The notes under the pieces were generated by a model, which saw nothing but the letters and a program-made list of their open reading frames with translations, was not told the origin of the DNA and made no database searches. From Candidatus Latescibacterota bacterium (GTDB taxonomy: Bacteria; Latescibacterota; UBA2968; GCA-2709665), in contig OZ241917.1 in the NCBI GenBank assembly GCA_965203805.1, positions 2,240,001-2,304,000 on the forward strand: a stretch of DNA of 64,000 nucleotides, given 5' to 3'. A program made the position numbers and the translations under genes. Below, in pieces: positions 8,544 through 17,018 of this stretch (the first letter of the stretch is position 1; the number at the start of each line of letters is the position of its first letter).

Positions 8544-9815
8544 ATGCGACGTGTGTTTACCGCCTGCATTATCGTCCTTGCAGCGGCGCCGCTTCTCGCG
8601 CAGATGTCTTACGATCCGGATTTCGACGGAAGCGGCGAAGTCGACTTTTCCGATTTTGTCATGTTCGCCCGGGCATTCGGGACAACGGACCCCCAATTCG
8701 ATCTCGACGGAAACGGCAGCGTCGACTTCCCGGACTTTGTCCTTTTCGCCCGGGCGTTCGGAGGCGCGGCCGAGGCCTTAACAACCCCTATAGAGTCGTT
8801 GACGGAGGTCGATGTCCGAGACCTCCCTGCCGATCCGGACCGGCAGGATCATTTCACCTTTTACAGCTTGCGGGACAGCGCCATTGTCTCACGGGCCGAT
8901 TCCAACTCCACGAAGTGGGACCTCGCGTTCAAGTCGACGACGATCCTGATCAACGGCGGCAACAGCGGACCGGGCGAGGGCGGGGCGATCGTGCTGACGG
9001 AAACGGACTACGATACGCTGTCGATGGCGCCCGACTCCGAATACGCGGTCGACCAGGAGGGGCAAGCAGCCATCGGGCCCGCGTGGTACACGTACACCGG
9101 CCCGCCCAACCATCACATCCTGATCAACCCGAACGTGGTGCTGGTCATTCGCACGGCCGACGGACGATACGCCAAGCTCCAATTCACGAGTTATTATAAA
9201 GGCGGCGAGGCGGTTCCTTCATCGCGGGAAGCGCGCGGGCGTTTTCTGAATTTCACCTACACGTACCAGCCCGATGGCTCGCGGTCGTTTGAGGGACCGT
9301 CCATGGAGATCATGACGCTCACCGAGGTCATGGCCCGCGACGTCGCGGCCGACACAGGCAACGTGGGCGCCTTCACGTTCTACAGCCTGCGGGACAGCGC
9401 CATTGTCTCACGCGCGGATTCCAATTCCACGAAATGGGACCTCGCGTTCAGATCCACGACCGTGCTGACCAACAGCGGAACGAGCGGACCGGGAGAGGGC
9501 GGGGCGATCGTGCTGACGGCGACGGACTACGATACGCTGTCGATGGCGCCGGACGTGGCGTATATGATCGATCAGGAGGGTCAACCCGCCATCTCAAGAG
9601 CGTGGTATACGTACACGGGGCCGCCCGGCCACCAGATCCTGATGAATCCGGGCGTCGTACTGGTGATTCGCACGGCGGACGGACGATATGCAAAGCTCAA
9701 GTTCACGAGTTACTATCAGGGCGGCGAGGCAGTTCCTTCCTCCCTTGAGTCAAGATCGCGCTTCTACCATTTCACGTACACGTTCCAACCGGACGGATCG
9801 CGCTCGTTTCGTTGA
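8544..9815 (+). CDS. hmuY: Secreted protein: signal peptide, dockerin-like paired EF-hand domain and two tandem HmuY heme-binding domains
   Basis: N-terminal DFDGSGEVDFSDFVMFARAFG...DLDGNGSVDFPDFVLFARAFG. Each repeat has KWDLAF, NxGxSGPGEGG, WYTYTGPPxH and VIRTADGRYAKLxFTSYY (HmuY-family motifs). Start is ATG 8538 or 8544, after GGGAGG. Confidence 0.85.
   Translation: MRRVFTACIIVLAAAPLLAQMSYDPDFDGSGEVDFSDFVMFARAFGTTDPQFDLDGNGSVDFPDFVLFARAFGGAAEALTTPIESLTEVDVRDLPADPDRQDHFTFYSLRDSAIVSRADSNSTKWDLAFKSTTILINGGNSGPGEGGAIVLTETDYDTLSMAPDSEYAVDQEGQAAIGPAWYTYTGPPNHHILINPNVVLVIRTADGRYAKLQFTSYYKGGEAVPSSREARGRFLNFTYTYQPDGSRSFEGPSMEIMTLTEVMARDVAADTGNVGAFTFYSLRDSAIVSRADSNSTKWDLAFRSTTVLTNSGTSGPGEGGAIVLTATDYDTLSMAPDVAYMIDQEGQPAISRAWYTYTGPPGHQILMNPGVVLVIRTADGRYAKLKFTSYYQGGEAVPSSLESRSRFYHFTYTFQPDGSRSFR
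8799..9809 (+). repeat. Intragenic tandem duplication of the HmuY domain (period 519 nt, 173 aa)
   Basis: Copy 1 at ~8799-9290 and copy 2 at ~9318-9809 are colinear, with near-identical DNA stretches such as cgggacagcgccattgtctcacg and gactacgatacgctgtcgatggcgcc. Confidence 0.9.
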
Positions 9816-9841
9816 GTGACAAAACACACAGGAGGCCCGGT

Positions 9842-10174
9842 ATGATTGCTGTTGCCAATCGCATCTACATAACTCCGGAATACGCCGAACAATTCGAAGA
9901 TCGTTTTCGCAACCGCGCGCATCTCGTGGACGGCATGCCCGGATTCATTTCCAACAAGGTATTGAGACCCACGAAGAGCGATCAGCCTTACGTGGTCCTG
10001 ACTTTCTGGGAATCACGGGAGGATTTCAAGAACTGGGTGAATTCCGAGGAATTTCAGAAGGGGCACGCCAGATCCGGAACGCTGCCGAAGAAAGCGTTCT
10101 CTGACGCCAGTCACCTGGAGATTCACGAGGTCTTTCTGGATACCGAACGGAAAGCCGCGGAAACGGTTTCATGA
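9842..10174 (+). CDS. IsdG/HmoB-like heme-degrading monooxygenase (ABM family)
   Basis: ATG 9842 after GGAGG. MIAVAN (Asn), DGMPGF and WESREDFKNWVNSEEFQKGH give the Asn/Trp/His triad of IsdG-type enzymes; last gene of the heme operon. Confidence 0.82.
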   Translation: MIAVANRIYITPEYAEQFEDRFRNRAHLVDGMPGFISNKVLRPTKSDQPYVVLTFWESREDFKNWVNSEEFQKGHARSGTLPKKAFSDASHLEIHEVFLDTERKAAETVS

Positions 10175-10255
10175 GATATACGTGCGCGAATTGAACGAAG
10201 GTCAATAAACGAACCGTCACCCAGCGCACGAAGGTGGATGATTCCTGCAAGACAG

Positions 10256-10297
10256 ACAAGGGGCTACGAGCCATTACTCGTAACCCCTTGTTTATTA
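10256..10297. terminator. Stem-loop between the convergent heme operon and tRNA region (likely bidirectional terminator)
   Basis: ACAAGGGGCTACGAG-CCATTA-CTCGTAACCCCTTGT followed by TTATT on the plus strand. Confidence 0.65.
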
Positions 10298-10338
10298 TGG
10301 TCGGGGAGGCGGGATTCGAACCCGCGACCCCCTGCTCC
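10298..10338 (-). repeat. 41-bp direct repeat of the tRNA-Pro 3' half (att-like site)
   Basis: tggtcggggaggcgggattcgaacccgcgaccccctgctcc is identical to 10545-10585, and identity ends in the anticodon loop. Confidence 0.92.
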
Positions 10339-10358
10339 GTCTTTGCTATCCCAAATAG

Positions 10359-10390
10359 GAATCGCCCCCGGTTCCAACCGGGGGCGATTC
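10359..10390. repeat. Perfect 15-bp inverted repeat between the att copy and the tRNA
   Basis: GAATCGCCCCCGGTT-CC-AACCGGGGGCGATTC. Confidence 0.8.
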
Positions 10391-10544
10391 TCACCACCTA
10401 GGCACATTCGCGCTTTCAGTGGTTCGATCAAATTTAGCGTTAATTGACGATCATGTCAAGGCAAAAGGGTTGCAATTGTGACGTTTGTCTCAACCCGATA
10501 GAACAAGGGACTGCGCCAATTTGAAATAACCCCTCAGTTTTCTA

Positions 10545-10621
10545 TGGTCGGGGAGGCGGGATTCGAACCCGCGACCCCCTGCTCCCAAAGCAGGTGCTCT
10601 GCCGGACTGAGCCACTCCCCG
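10545..10621 (-). tRNA. tRNA-Pro (anticodon TGG)
   Basis: Reverse complement CGGGGAGTGGCTCAGTCCGGCAGAGCACCTGCTTTGGGAGCAGGGGGTCGCGGGTTCGAATCCCGCCTCCCCGACCA: 77 nt cloverleaf, CCTGC/GCAGG anticodon stem, GTTCGAA T-loop and encoded CCA. Confidence 0.97.
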
Positions 10622-10918
10622 TCCAATCGTGCCAGGTCAAAATATCTGTTCGGAATATCCACAAAACCACTGTTTCGAGCAAGAAAAAAGGTGGAATAGA
10701 TGGACAGGTTTTTGCCATCGACGACAAACCTGGAGGCACCCCCGACGGACAAAGACAGGTCAACCGCAATCCTCATCCAATCTGTAACGCAAGGTCCGCA
10801 GCGCCCCCGTTTCCAGGCTCCTTGAATTTCACTTGCCGCTTCCGGCACGTCAAGGTAATTTGACGTGCGATTAACCTCCGATTCGCATCTCATACCCTGC
10901 CCAGCGGTCTTTTCCCCA

Positions 10919-12052
10919 ATGCCCGACAAACCGGTACTCATCATCGACGGCCATCTGGACATGGCCTTCAACGCGCTCTTCTACCGGCGCGACCTCACGC
11001 AACCGGTGCACGTGCTGCGCGAACGGGAGGACGTTGTCCGCGCGGGCCTTTCGACACACAAGGATTCCCTCGAAAGACGCGCAGGACTCCAGGACAAACG
11101 CTACACCGTCACCGTTACGCTGCCTGAGATGCGCAAGGGTCACGTGGGCATCATGCTCTCGACGATCATGGCCCGCGTCCAGGCCCCGTCCATCGACTCC
11201 CACAACTCCGTCCGCGCCCAATCGGTCGCCTACGCCAGGGGCCAGAGCCACCTCCACTACTACAACGCCCTCGCACGCCGGGGCGAAATCACGTTCATCA
11301 GGAACGCCGGCGACCTGGACGTATGTGTCTCATCCTGGGAAAATCCGACGGACACCACGCCGATCGGCCTGATCCTCACCGCGGAGAGCGCCGACCCCAT
11401 CCTGGGTCCGGACCAGGTCGCAGAATGGTGGGACGCCGGCCTGCGCTCGGTCTCTCTCACCCACTTCGGCGCCAATACGTACGGCCACGGAACAGGCACC
11501 GTCGGCGGACTCTACCCCCCCGCCTACCCTCTGATGGACGCCTTCAAGGACGCGGGTATGGTGATCGACCTCACCCATGCGTCGGACCTCAGCTTCTGGC
11601 AGATCCTGGACTACTGGGAAGGCCCGGTCCACGCCAGCCACTGCAACTGCCGCGCACTGGTTCCCGGACAGCGTCACCTCAGCGACGATATGATCCGCGC
11701 CATCGTGGAACGCGGCGGCGTCATCGGCATGGTCTTTGCCGAACAGATGCTCAGCCCCGCCTGGAACTGGGACGATCCGTCGACGCACTACGCCACTGCA
11801 ACCCGGCCGATGAATGCCGTTGTCGAACACGTCGACCACGTCTGCCAGTTGACGGGCAACAGCAACCACGTGGCGATCGGCACGGACCTGGACGGAGGAT
11901 TCGGGCTGGAACTCTCACCCACGGACTACAACACGATCGTCGATCTCCAGCGTTTTCCCGACATCCTGGAAACCCATGGGTACAACGCAGAAGCCATCGA
12001 CAACATCTGTCACGGGAACCTTATCAGGTTCTTCAAGGAAGCGTGGACCTGA
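10919..12052 (+). CDS. Membrane dipeptidase family (peptidase M19) metallohydrolase, paralog 1
   Basis: IDGHLD, ESADPI, IDLTHAS, ASHCNCRALVPGQRHLSDD and IGTDLDGGFG; start placed at ATG 10919. Confidence 0.87.
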   Translation: MPDKPVLIIDGHLDMAFNALFYRRDLTQPVHVLREREDVVRAGLSTHKDSLERRAGLQDKRYTVTVTLPEMRKGHVGIMLSTIMARVQAPSIDSHNSVRAQSVAYARGQSHLHYYNALARRGEITFIRNAGDLDVCVSSWENPTDTTPIGLILTAESADPILGPDQVAEWWDAGLRSVSLTHFGANTYGHGTGTVGGLYPPAYPLMDAFKDAGMVIDLTHASDLSFWQILDYWEGPVHASHCNCRALVPGQRHLSDDMIRAIVERGGVIGMVFAEQMLSPAWNWDDPSTHYATATRPMNAVVEHVDHVCQLTGNSNHVAIGTDLDGGFGLELSPTDYNTIVDLQRFPDILETHGYNAEAIDNICHGNLIRFFKEAWT

Positions 12053-12119
12053 TGCCGGTTCTCTCACCGGGCGCCCGCCTATTCCGGGCGGCGGGCTGAT
12101 TACATCAAAAAGGGTTGAA

Positions 12120-13202
12120 ATGTCGAACCGTCCGTACCTCATCGCGGACAGCCACCTGGACCTCGGGTTCAGCGCCATTCAGGTCAATCGGGACCTCACG
12201 CAGCCGGCCGCGACCGTTCGCGTCCACGACGCCGAGCCCGTGATGCGCAGCTTCGGAAGCTGCACCGTCACCTTCCCGGAACTTCGCCGGGGCAACGTGG
12301 GCATCGTCTTCGGCACCATGATGTCCCGTACCGACCCCAACGACCGCTGGACACGCACGGGCATGTACTGCCAGGACCAGTGCCACGGCGTGGGCCGGGG
12401 CCACCTGGCCTATTACCAGGCGATGGAGCGCGAAGGCGTGATTCGCTTCATCCGCAATTCGCGGGACCTGGACGAAACGGTCGCCGCGTGGGAGAACCCG
12501 GCCCCCGATACGCCCATCGGGCTGGTGGTGGCCATGGAAAGCGCCGACCCCATCCTGGACCCGTCGCAGGTTCCGGAATGGTACGATCTCGGGCTCCGAA
12601 TCGTGAGTATCTCCCACTACGGCGTCAGTTCCTACTGTCACGGAACGGGCACCGAGGGCGGCCTGCTGGAACGCGGCAAACCCCTGCTCGCCGCCCTGAA
12701 GGAAGCGGGGATCATCGTCGACCTGACCCACACGACGGACCAGGCCTTCTGGGAAATCCTGGACGTCTACGACGGTCCCGTGGCCGCATCCCATCACAAC
12801 TGCCGCGCGCTCACCCCCGGACAGCGCCAGCTCACCGACGACATGATCGGCGCCATCATCCAACGTGGCGGCGTGATTGGCGCCGCATTCGATGCCTGGA
12901 TGCTGGATCCGGAATGGAACCGTGACATCCCCTGCTGGGCGCAGAACACGAGAGCCACCCTCGAGACCGTCGCCAATCACATCGACCACGTGTGCCAACT
13001 CGCCGGCAACGCACGGCACGCCGGCATCGGAACCGACCTGGACGGCGGATTCGGGCAGGAACAGTCCCCGCGCGACCTCAACACCATCGCCGACCTTCAG
13101 AACCTGGTCGGCATCCTCCAGCGCCGTGGCTACAGGGAACCCGACGTTCGCAACATCCTCTCCGGCAACTGGGTCCGATTTCTGAAGGAAGTGTGGGAGT
13201 AG
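12120..13202 (+). CDS. Membrane dipeptidase family (peptidase M19) metallohydrolase, paralog 2
   Basis: ADSHLD, MESADPI, VDLTHT, ASHHNCRALTPGQRQLTDD and IGTDLDGGFG; start ATG 12120. Confidence 0.87.
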   Translation: MSNRPYLIADSHLDLGFSAIQVNRDLTQPAATVRVHDAEPVMRSFGSCTVTFPELRRGNVGIVFGTMMSRTDPNDRWTRTGMYCQDQCHGVGRGHLAYYQAMEREGVIRFIRNSRDLDETVAAWENPAPDTPIGLVVAMESADPILDPSQVPEWYDLGLRIVSISHYGVSSYCHGTGTEGGLLERGKPLLAALKEAGIIVDLTHTTDQAFWEILDVYDGPVAASHHNCRALTPGQRQLTDDMIGAIIQRGGVIGAAFDAWMLDPEWNRDIPCWAQNTRATLETVANHIDHVCQLAGNARHAGIGTDLDGGFGQEQSPRDLNTIADLQNLVGILQRRGYREPDVRNILSGNWVRFLKEVWE

Positions 13203-13212
13203 GTTACAAAGC

Positions 13213-13956
13213 ATGTCGGCAACCTGCGAAACATCAACATCCCCGGATAGCCAATCCCCGGACCGCGCGGCTCGGAAGGCGGGGGTCCTGCTTCTGCTTA
13301 CCGTGTTGTTTACGATCTCCATGATATACACAAGGGTAACCGCCGACGCCGACCGGACAACGCTGCTCGAGTCTCTGGCGGCAATCGCGCAACGCCCGGT
13401 GATGTACAACCTTTCGGGATTCACCCGACTGTTGTCAGGCGTGACGTTCCTGGCGGCGGGCCTGCTCCTGCTGCAAACCTGGATTATCAGGGGAGGTTGG
13501 GCGACCCGGGCGGTGCCCTGCCTTTTCGTGCTGTCGGGTGCGTTAACCGCCGCTTCCGGCGCGTGCACAATCCTTTTGGCGGTTCATCCGGCAATCGGAA
13601 CCGTTTCATCCGCAGGTTCTTCTGCAGGAACCTACCTCACGGTGCTGGAGTGGACGTCGGGCCTGCGGTGGCTGACCGGCGCTGCGGGTTTCTCCGCAGC
13701 GGGAGTCGCACTGGCAGCAGCTTCCAGATATCAATGGCGGGTGGGCGGCACGCTACGCAAGATTGCGCCGGTTTCGGCGGTGCTGGGGGTGGGGATGCAA
13801 ATCATCTGGATCGATGCCGGGACGAACATTCACCCCATAGTGGGGACATTCTTTTTGATCTGGCTCATCGTTGTCGGATCCATGTTGATCAGCGGGCGGG
13901 TCGAACGCCAATACAGGACGACCTATCTTCACGAGAGTAGACCCGCACGGCGGTGA
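13213..13956 (+). CDS. Hypothetical multi-pass membrane protein (DUF4386-like)
   Basis: About 5-6 hydrophobic segments; starts 10 nt after the second dipeptidase. Confidence 0.55.
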   Translation: MSATCETSTSPDSQSPDRAARKAGVLLLLTVLFTISMIYTRVTADADRTTLLESLAAIAQRPVMYNLSGFTRLLSGVTFLAAGLLLLQTWIIRGGWATRAVPCLFVLSGALTAASGACTILLAVHPAIGTVSSAGSSAGTYLTVLEWTSGLRWLTGAAGFSAAGVALAAASRYQWRVGGTLRKIAPVSAVLGVGMQIIWIDAGTNIHPIVGTFFLIWLIVVGSMLISGRVERQYRTTYLHESRPARR

Positions 13957-14057
13957 CGCCGCCTCCGTCCAGGTAATCAACAGGATCGCGCTTCGAACGC
14001 CGAGGTCAGGCGCCACCGTAACACCATTGAAATTCCCCGTTCTCAACCCGCTACGGT

Positions 14058-15527
14058 ATGCCCTCCAGACCTAATCTGCTTCTCATTACAACCGACCAGC
14101 AGCGCGGCGACTGCCTTGGATGCGACGGCCATCCGGTACTGGAAACCCCTTATCTGGATGAGCTGGCGGAGGGCGGGGCGCGCTTCAACCACGCCTACAC
14201 CTCCGTCCCTTCCTGCACGCCCGCGCGCGCGGGTATCCTCACGGGGATGGACCAGTGGAACCACGGCCGGCTTACGATGACGGGCGCCGACCCGCTCGAG
14301 TATCCGGCCACGCTGCCTGCCGAACTCGCTCACGCGGGTTACCATACCCAGGCCGTGGGCAAAATGCACTTCCACCCCCAGCGCAGACTCTACGGCTTTC
14401 ACCACATGGTCCTGGACGAGAGCGGGCGGCGAATGGGCAACTTCGTCAGCGACTACCACATTTTCTTCGAAAAACACAAAGAGGGCGAATACGGTTACCG
14501 GGACCACAGCGTGGACTGGAATTCATGGATGGCCCGCCCGTCCCATTTGCCGGAACACCTGCACCCCACCCATTGGACGGCATCCGAGGGTATCCGGTTC
14601 CTCGAAAACCGGGACCCGACCAAACCCTTTTTTCTCTGGTTGTCGTTCGCCCGCCCCCATTCCCCGTACGACGCACCGCAGACGTACTACGACATGTACA
14701 TTGACAATCCCGATGTGCCCAAAGCGGCCGTGGGAGCGTGGTCGGCCCGGTACGACCGGCAAATCGCCGACGTAAACGCCCCGCGCACCCGCCGCACCGA
14801 TGCCGAAACCCATCGCGCACGCGCGGCGTATTACGGCAACATTACCTTCATCGACCATCAAATCGGCCGCGTCCTGCACGAACTGCGGAGACGCGACCCA
14901 GCGGCAGCGGCAAACACCCTGATCCTGTTCACGTCGGACCACGGCGACATGATGGGCGATCATCACCACTGGCGAAAAACCTACGCGTATGAAGGCTCCG
15001 CCCGAGTCCCCTTCATCCTCAAATACCCGGACACCTGGGAAATGCCCCGCAACAGAACGCTGGCTCAACCAGTAGAACTAAGAGACATCATGCCCACGTT
15101 CCTCGATGCCGCAGACGTCGCCGTCCCCGAATCCGTAGACGGCGGCAGCCTGTTGAATCTCTCTCGAGGCGACAAAGAAGGCTGGCGGGCGTTCGTTCAG
15201 GGCGAGCACACCACCTGTTACGACAGAGAACACGGTATGCAGTACGTTACCGACGGCCGGGAAAAGTACATCTGGTTCCACCACACCGGGGCCGAGCAAT
15301 TCTTCGACCTCGAGGCCGACCCACTGGAGTGCAACGACCTCGCGGCCGTTGCCGATCGACAATCACGCATCGACGTCTGGCGCGGACGCCTGGCCGAAGT
15401 CAACGAAACGCGCGGCGACCCGCGGGGCCGGAACGGCGAACTCGTGCCCCAGCCCGGCGGCGCGCTGTCGCTCTCGCCCAACTACGAGAAATGGAAACAG
15501 CGCGCGAAAGCGCTGGAACGCGGGTAG
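14058..15527 (+). CDS. Sulfatase (formylglycine-dependent, arylsulfatase/choline-sulfatase-like), no signal peptide
   Basis: RPNLLLITTDQQRGD, catalytic CxPxR motif SCTPARAGILTG, GKMH, PHSPYD and SDHGDMMGDH. Confidence 0.92.
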   Translation: MPSRPNLLLITTDQQRGDCLGCDGHPVLETPYLDELAEGGARFNHAYTSVPSCTPARAGILTGMDQWNHGRLTMTGADPLEYPATLPAELAHAGYHTQAVGKMHFHPQRRLYGFHHMVLDESGRRMGNFVSDYHIFFEKHKEGEYGYRDHSVDWNSWMARPSHLPEHLHPTHWTASEGIRFLENRDPTKPFFLWLSFARPHSPYDAPQTYYDMYIDNPDVPKAAVGAWSARYDRQIADVNAPRTRRTDAETHRARAAYYGNITFIDHQIGRVLHELRRRDPAAAANTLILFTSDHGDMMGDHHHWRKTYAYEGSARVPFILKYPDTWEMPRNRTLAQPVELRDIMPTFLDAADVAVPESVDGGSLLNLSRGDKEGWRAFVQGEHTTCYDREHGMQYVTDGREKYIWFHHTGAEQFFDLEADPLECNDLAAVADRQSRIDVWRGRLAEVNETRGDPRGRNGELVPQPGGALSLSPNYEKWKQRAKALERG

Positions 15528-15642
15528 CACCGGTTCTATGCCGAGGAGGTATGGCCGGTGATGCTCGAGGAGGTTGCGAGGGACGCCGGATAGGAAAAAA
15601 ACGGCGGGGTCGCGCCGTGCGCCAACATTGTAAGAGGAGATC

Positions 15643-16116
15643 ATGCCTGTGAAATACTGGCTGATGAAGTGCGAACTCAACGAATGCAGCTTCGAAGACC
15701 TGAAGCACAACCGGCCCGACAGCACCGGAAAGTGGCGGGGCGTGCGCAACTATCAGGCCCGGAATTTCATCCGCGACGACATGCGGACGGGCGACGTCGT
15801 CCTATTCTACCAGTCCAACTGCGACGAACCCGGTATCGCCGGCCTTGCTGAGATCGTTCGGGCGGCCTATCCCGACCCCTCGGCCTTCGACCCGGAAAGC
15901 AACTATTACGACGACAAGTCCACGCCTGACGATCCCCGATGGTTCTCGGTGGACGTAAAATGGAAAAAGGCCTTCGAGACGTACGTGCATCTCAAAGACC
16001 TGAAGGCGAATCCCAAACTGAAAGAAATGCTTGTTGTCCGGAGGGGCCAGCGTCTGTCCATCCAGCCCGTCAAAAAGAGGGAATTTGAAATCGTCTGTGA
16101 AATGGGTGGGATCTGA
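15643..16116 (+). CDS. EVE domain protein (thymocyte nuclear protein-like)
   Basis: YWLMK, WRGVRNYQARNFIRD, GDVVLFYQS, AYPDPSAFDP and RLSIQPV. Confidence 0.9.
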   Translation: MPVKYWLMKCELNECSFEDLKHNRPDSTGKWRGVRNYQARNFIRDDMRTGDVVLFYQSNCDEPGIAGLAEIVRAAYPDPSAFDPESNYYDDKSTPDDPRWFSVDVKWKKAFETYVHLKDLKANPKLKEMLVVRRGQRLSIQPVKKREFEIVCEMGGI

Positions 16117-16184
16117 TCCTCCGCACCCCCTGTTGTTTTATCCGCCTGCCCGTCCGCACAACCCGTTTATACGACACAATCCTA

Positions 16185-17018
16185 TCACGGCGCTTGTGGA
16201 ACTTCCACCGGCAGATCCAGCCGGTCGCCCCATTCCTTCCACGACCCGATATAGTTGCGCACATTCTCATATCCCAGCAGGCGCAACGCCAGGTACGAAT
16301 GGGAGGAACGGTACCCGCCCTGTCAGTAACACGCCACCGTCTGCTCCGGCATCACACCCGCCCGCTCGTACATTGTGCGCAACTGAGCCGCCGGCTTGAA
16401 CGCGCCGGACTCGTCCAGGTTGTTCAGATACTCGATATGCACGGCATCGGGCACGGCGCCGGCCCGGGCAGAGCGTGCCACCCGTCCAAAATACTCGTCG
16501 TCGCTGCGCGTATCCAGCGGCACGAAATCCGTACTTTCGAGGGAATCCCGAATCTCCTCGTAGCCGATATGGCGCCCCGCCACCGGCGCAACTTCGAATG
16601 TGGCCGCGTCCGGGACCGGGGCCTCCCGTGTCGTCGCGTATCCCGCCGCCGTCCAGGCCCCCAGCCCGCCATCCAGCACATGTACGTCCGCGTGACCCAG
16701 ATATTCGCAGATCCAGAAGCCGCGCGCCGCCCGCATCCCCGAGTCGTTCTCGTAAAACACCACCGTGGCATCGGAGTCGATCCCCCGGCTTCCCATCAGA
16801 TACGCCAGGGTCCACATGAAAGCCTCGAAAACCTCCTGTTCAGTGTTGTTCAGACTGATTCCGTAGAGGTCCAGGTGCAGCGCCCCCGGAATATGTCCCG
16901 CTACGTATTCGTGGGTGGCCCGGACGTCCACAATGCACGTCGATCCGTCGTGGAGGCGGCCCCGCAACTGCCGCGGCGTCATCAACAGTTCGGGATTCGC
17001 ATATCCTTTTTCATCCAT
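16185..17018 (-). CDS. Two-domain rhodanese/sulfurtransferase with an in-frame TGA at the catalytic position (probable selenoprotein)
   Basis: The ORF track stops at TGA 16325-16323, but the frame continues Y-[TGA][45 protein letters not shown] to TGA-TAG at 16187-16182. This restores the YCxGGxR active-site loop and the NYxGSWxEW rhodanese signature. N-terminal motifs GHIPGA and VLDGGLGAW. Confidence 0.88.

Noticed and set aside
10298-10338. Second tRNA gene
   Set aside because: Only the 3' half is present; there is no D arm or 5' acceptor strand.
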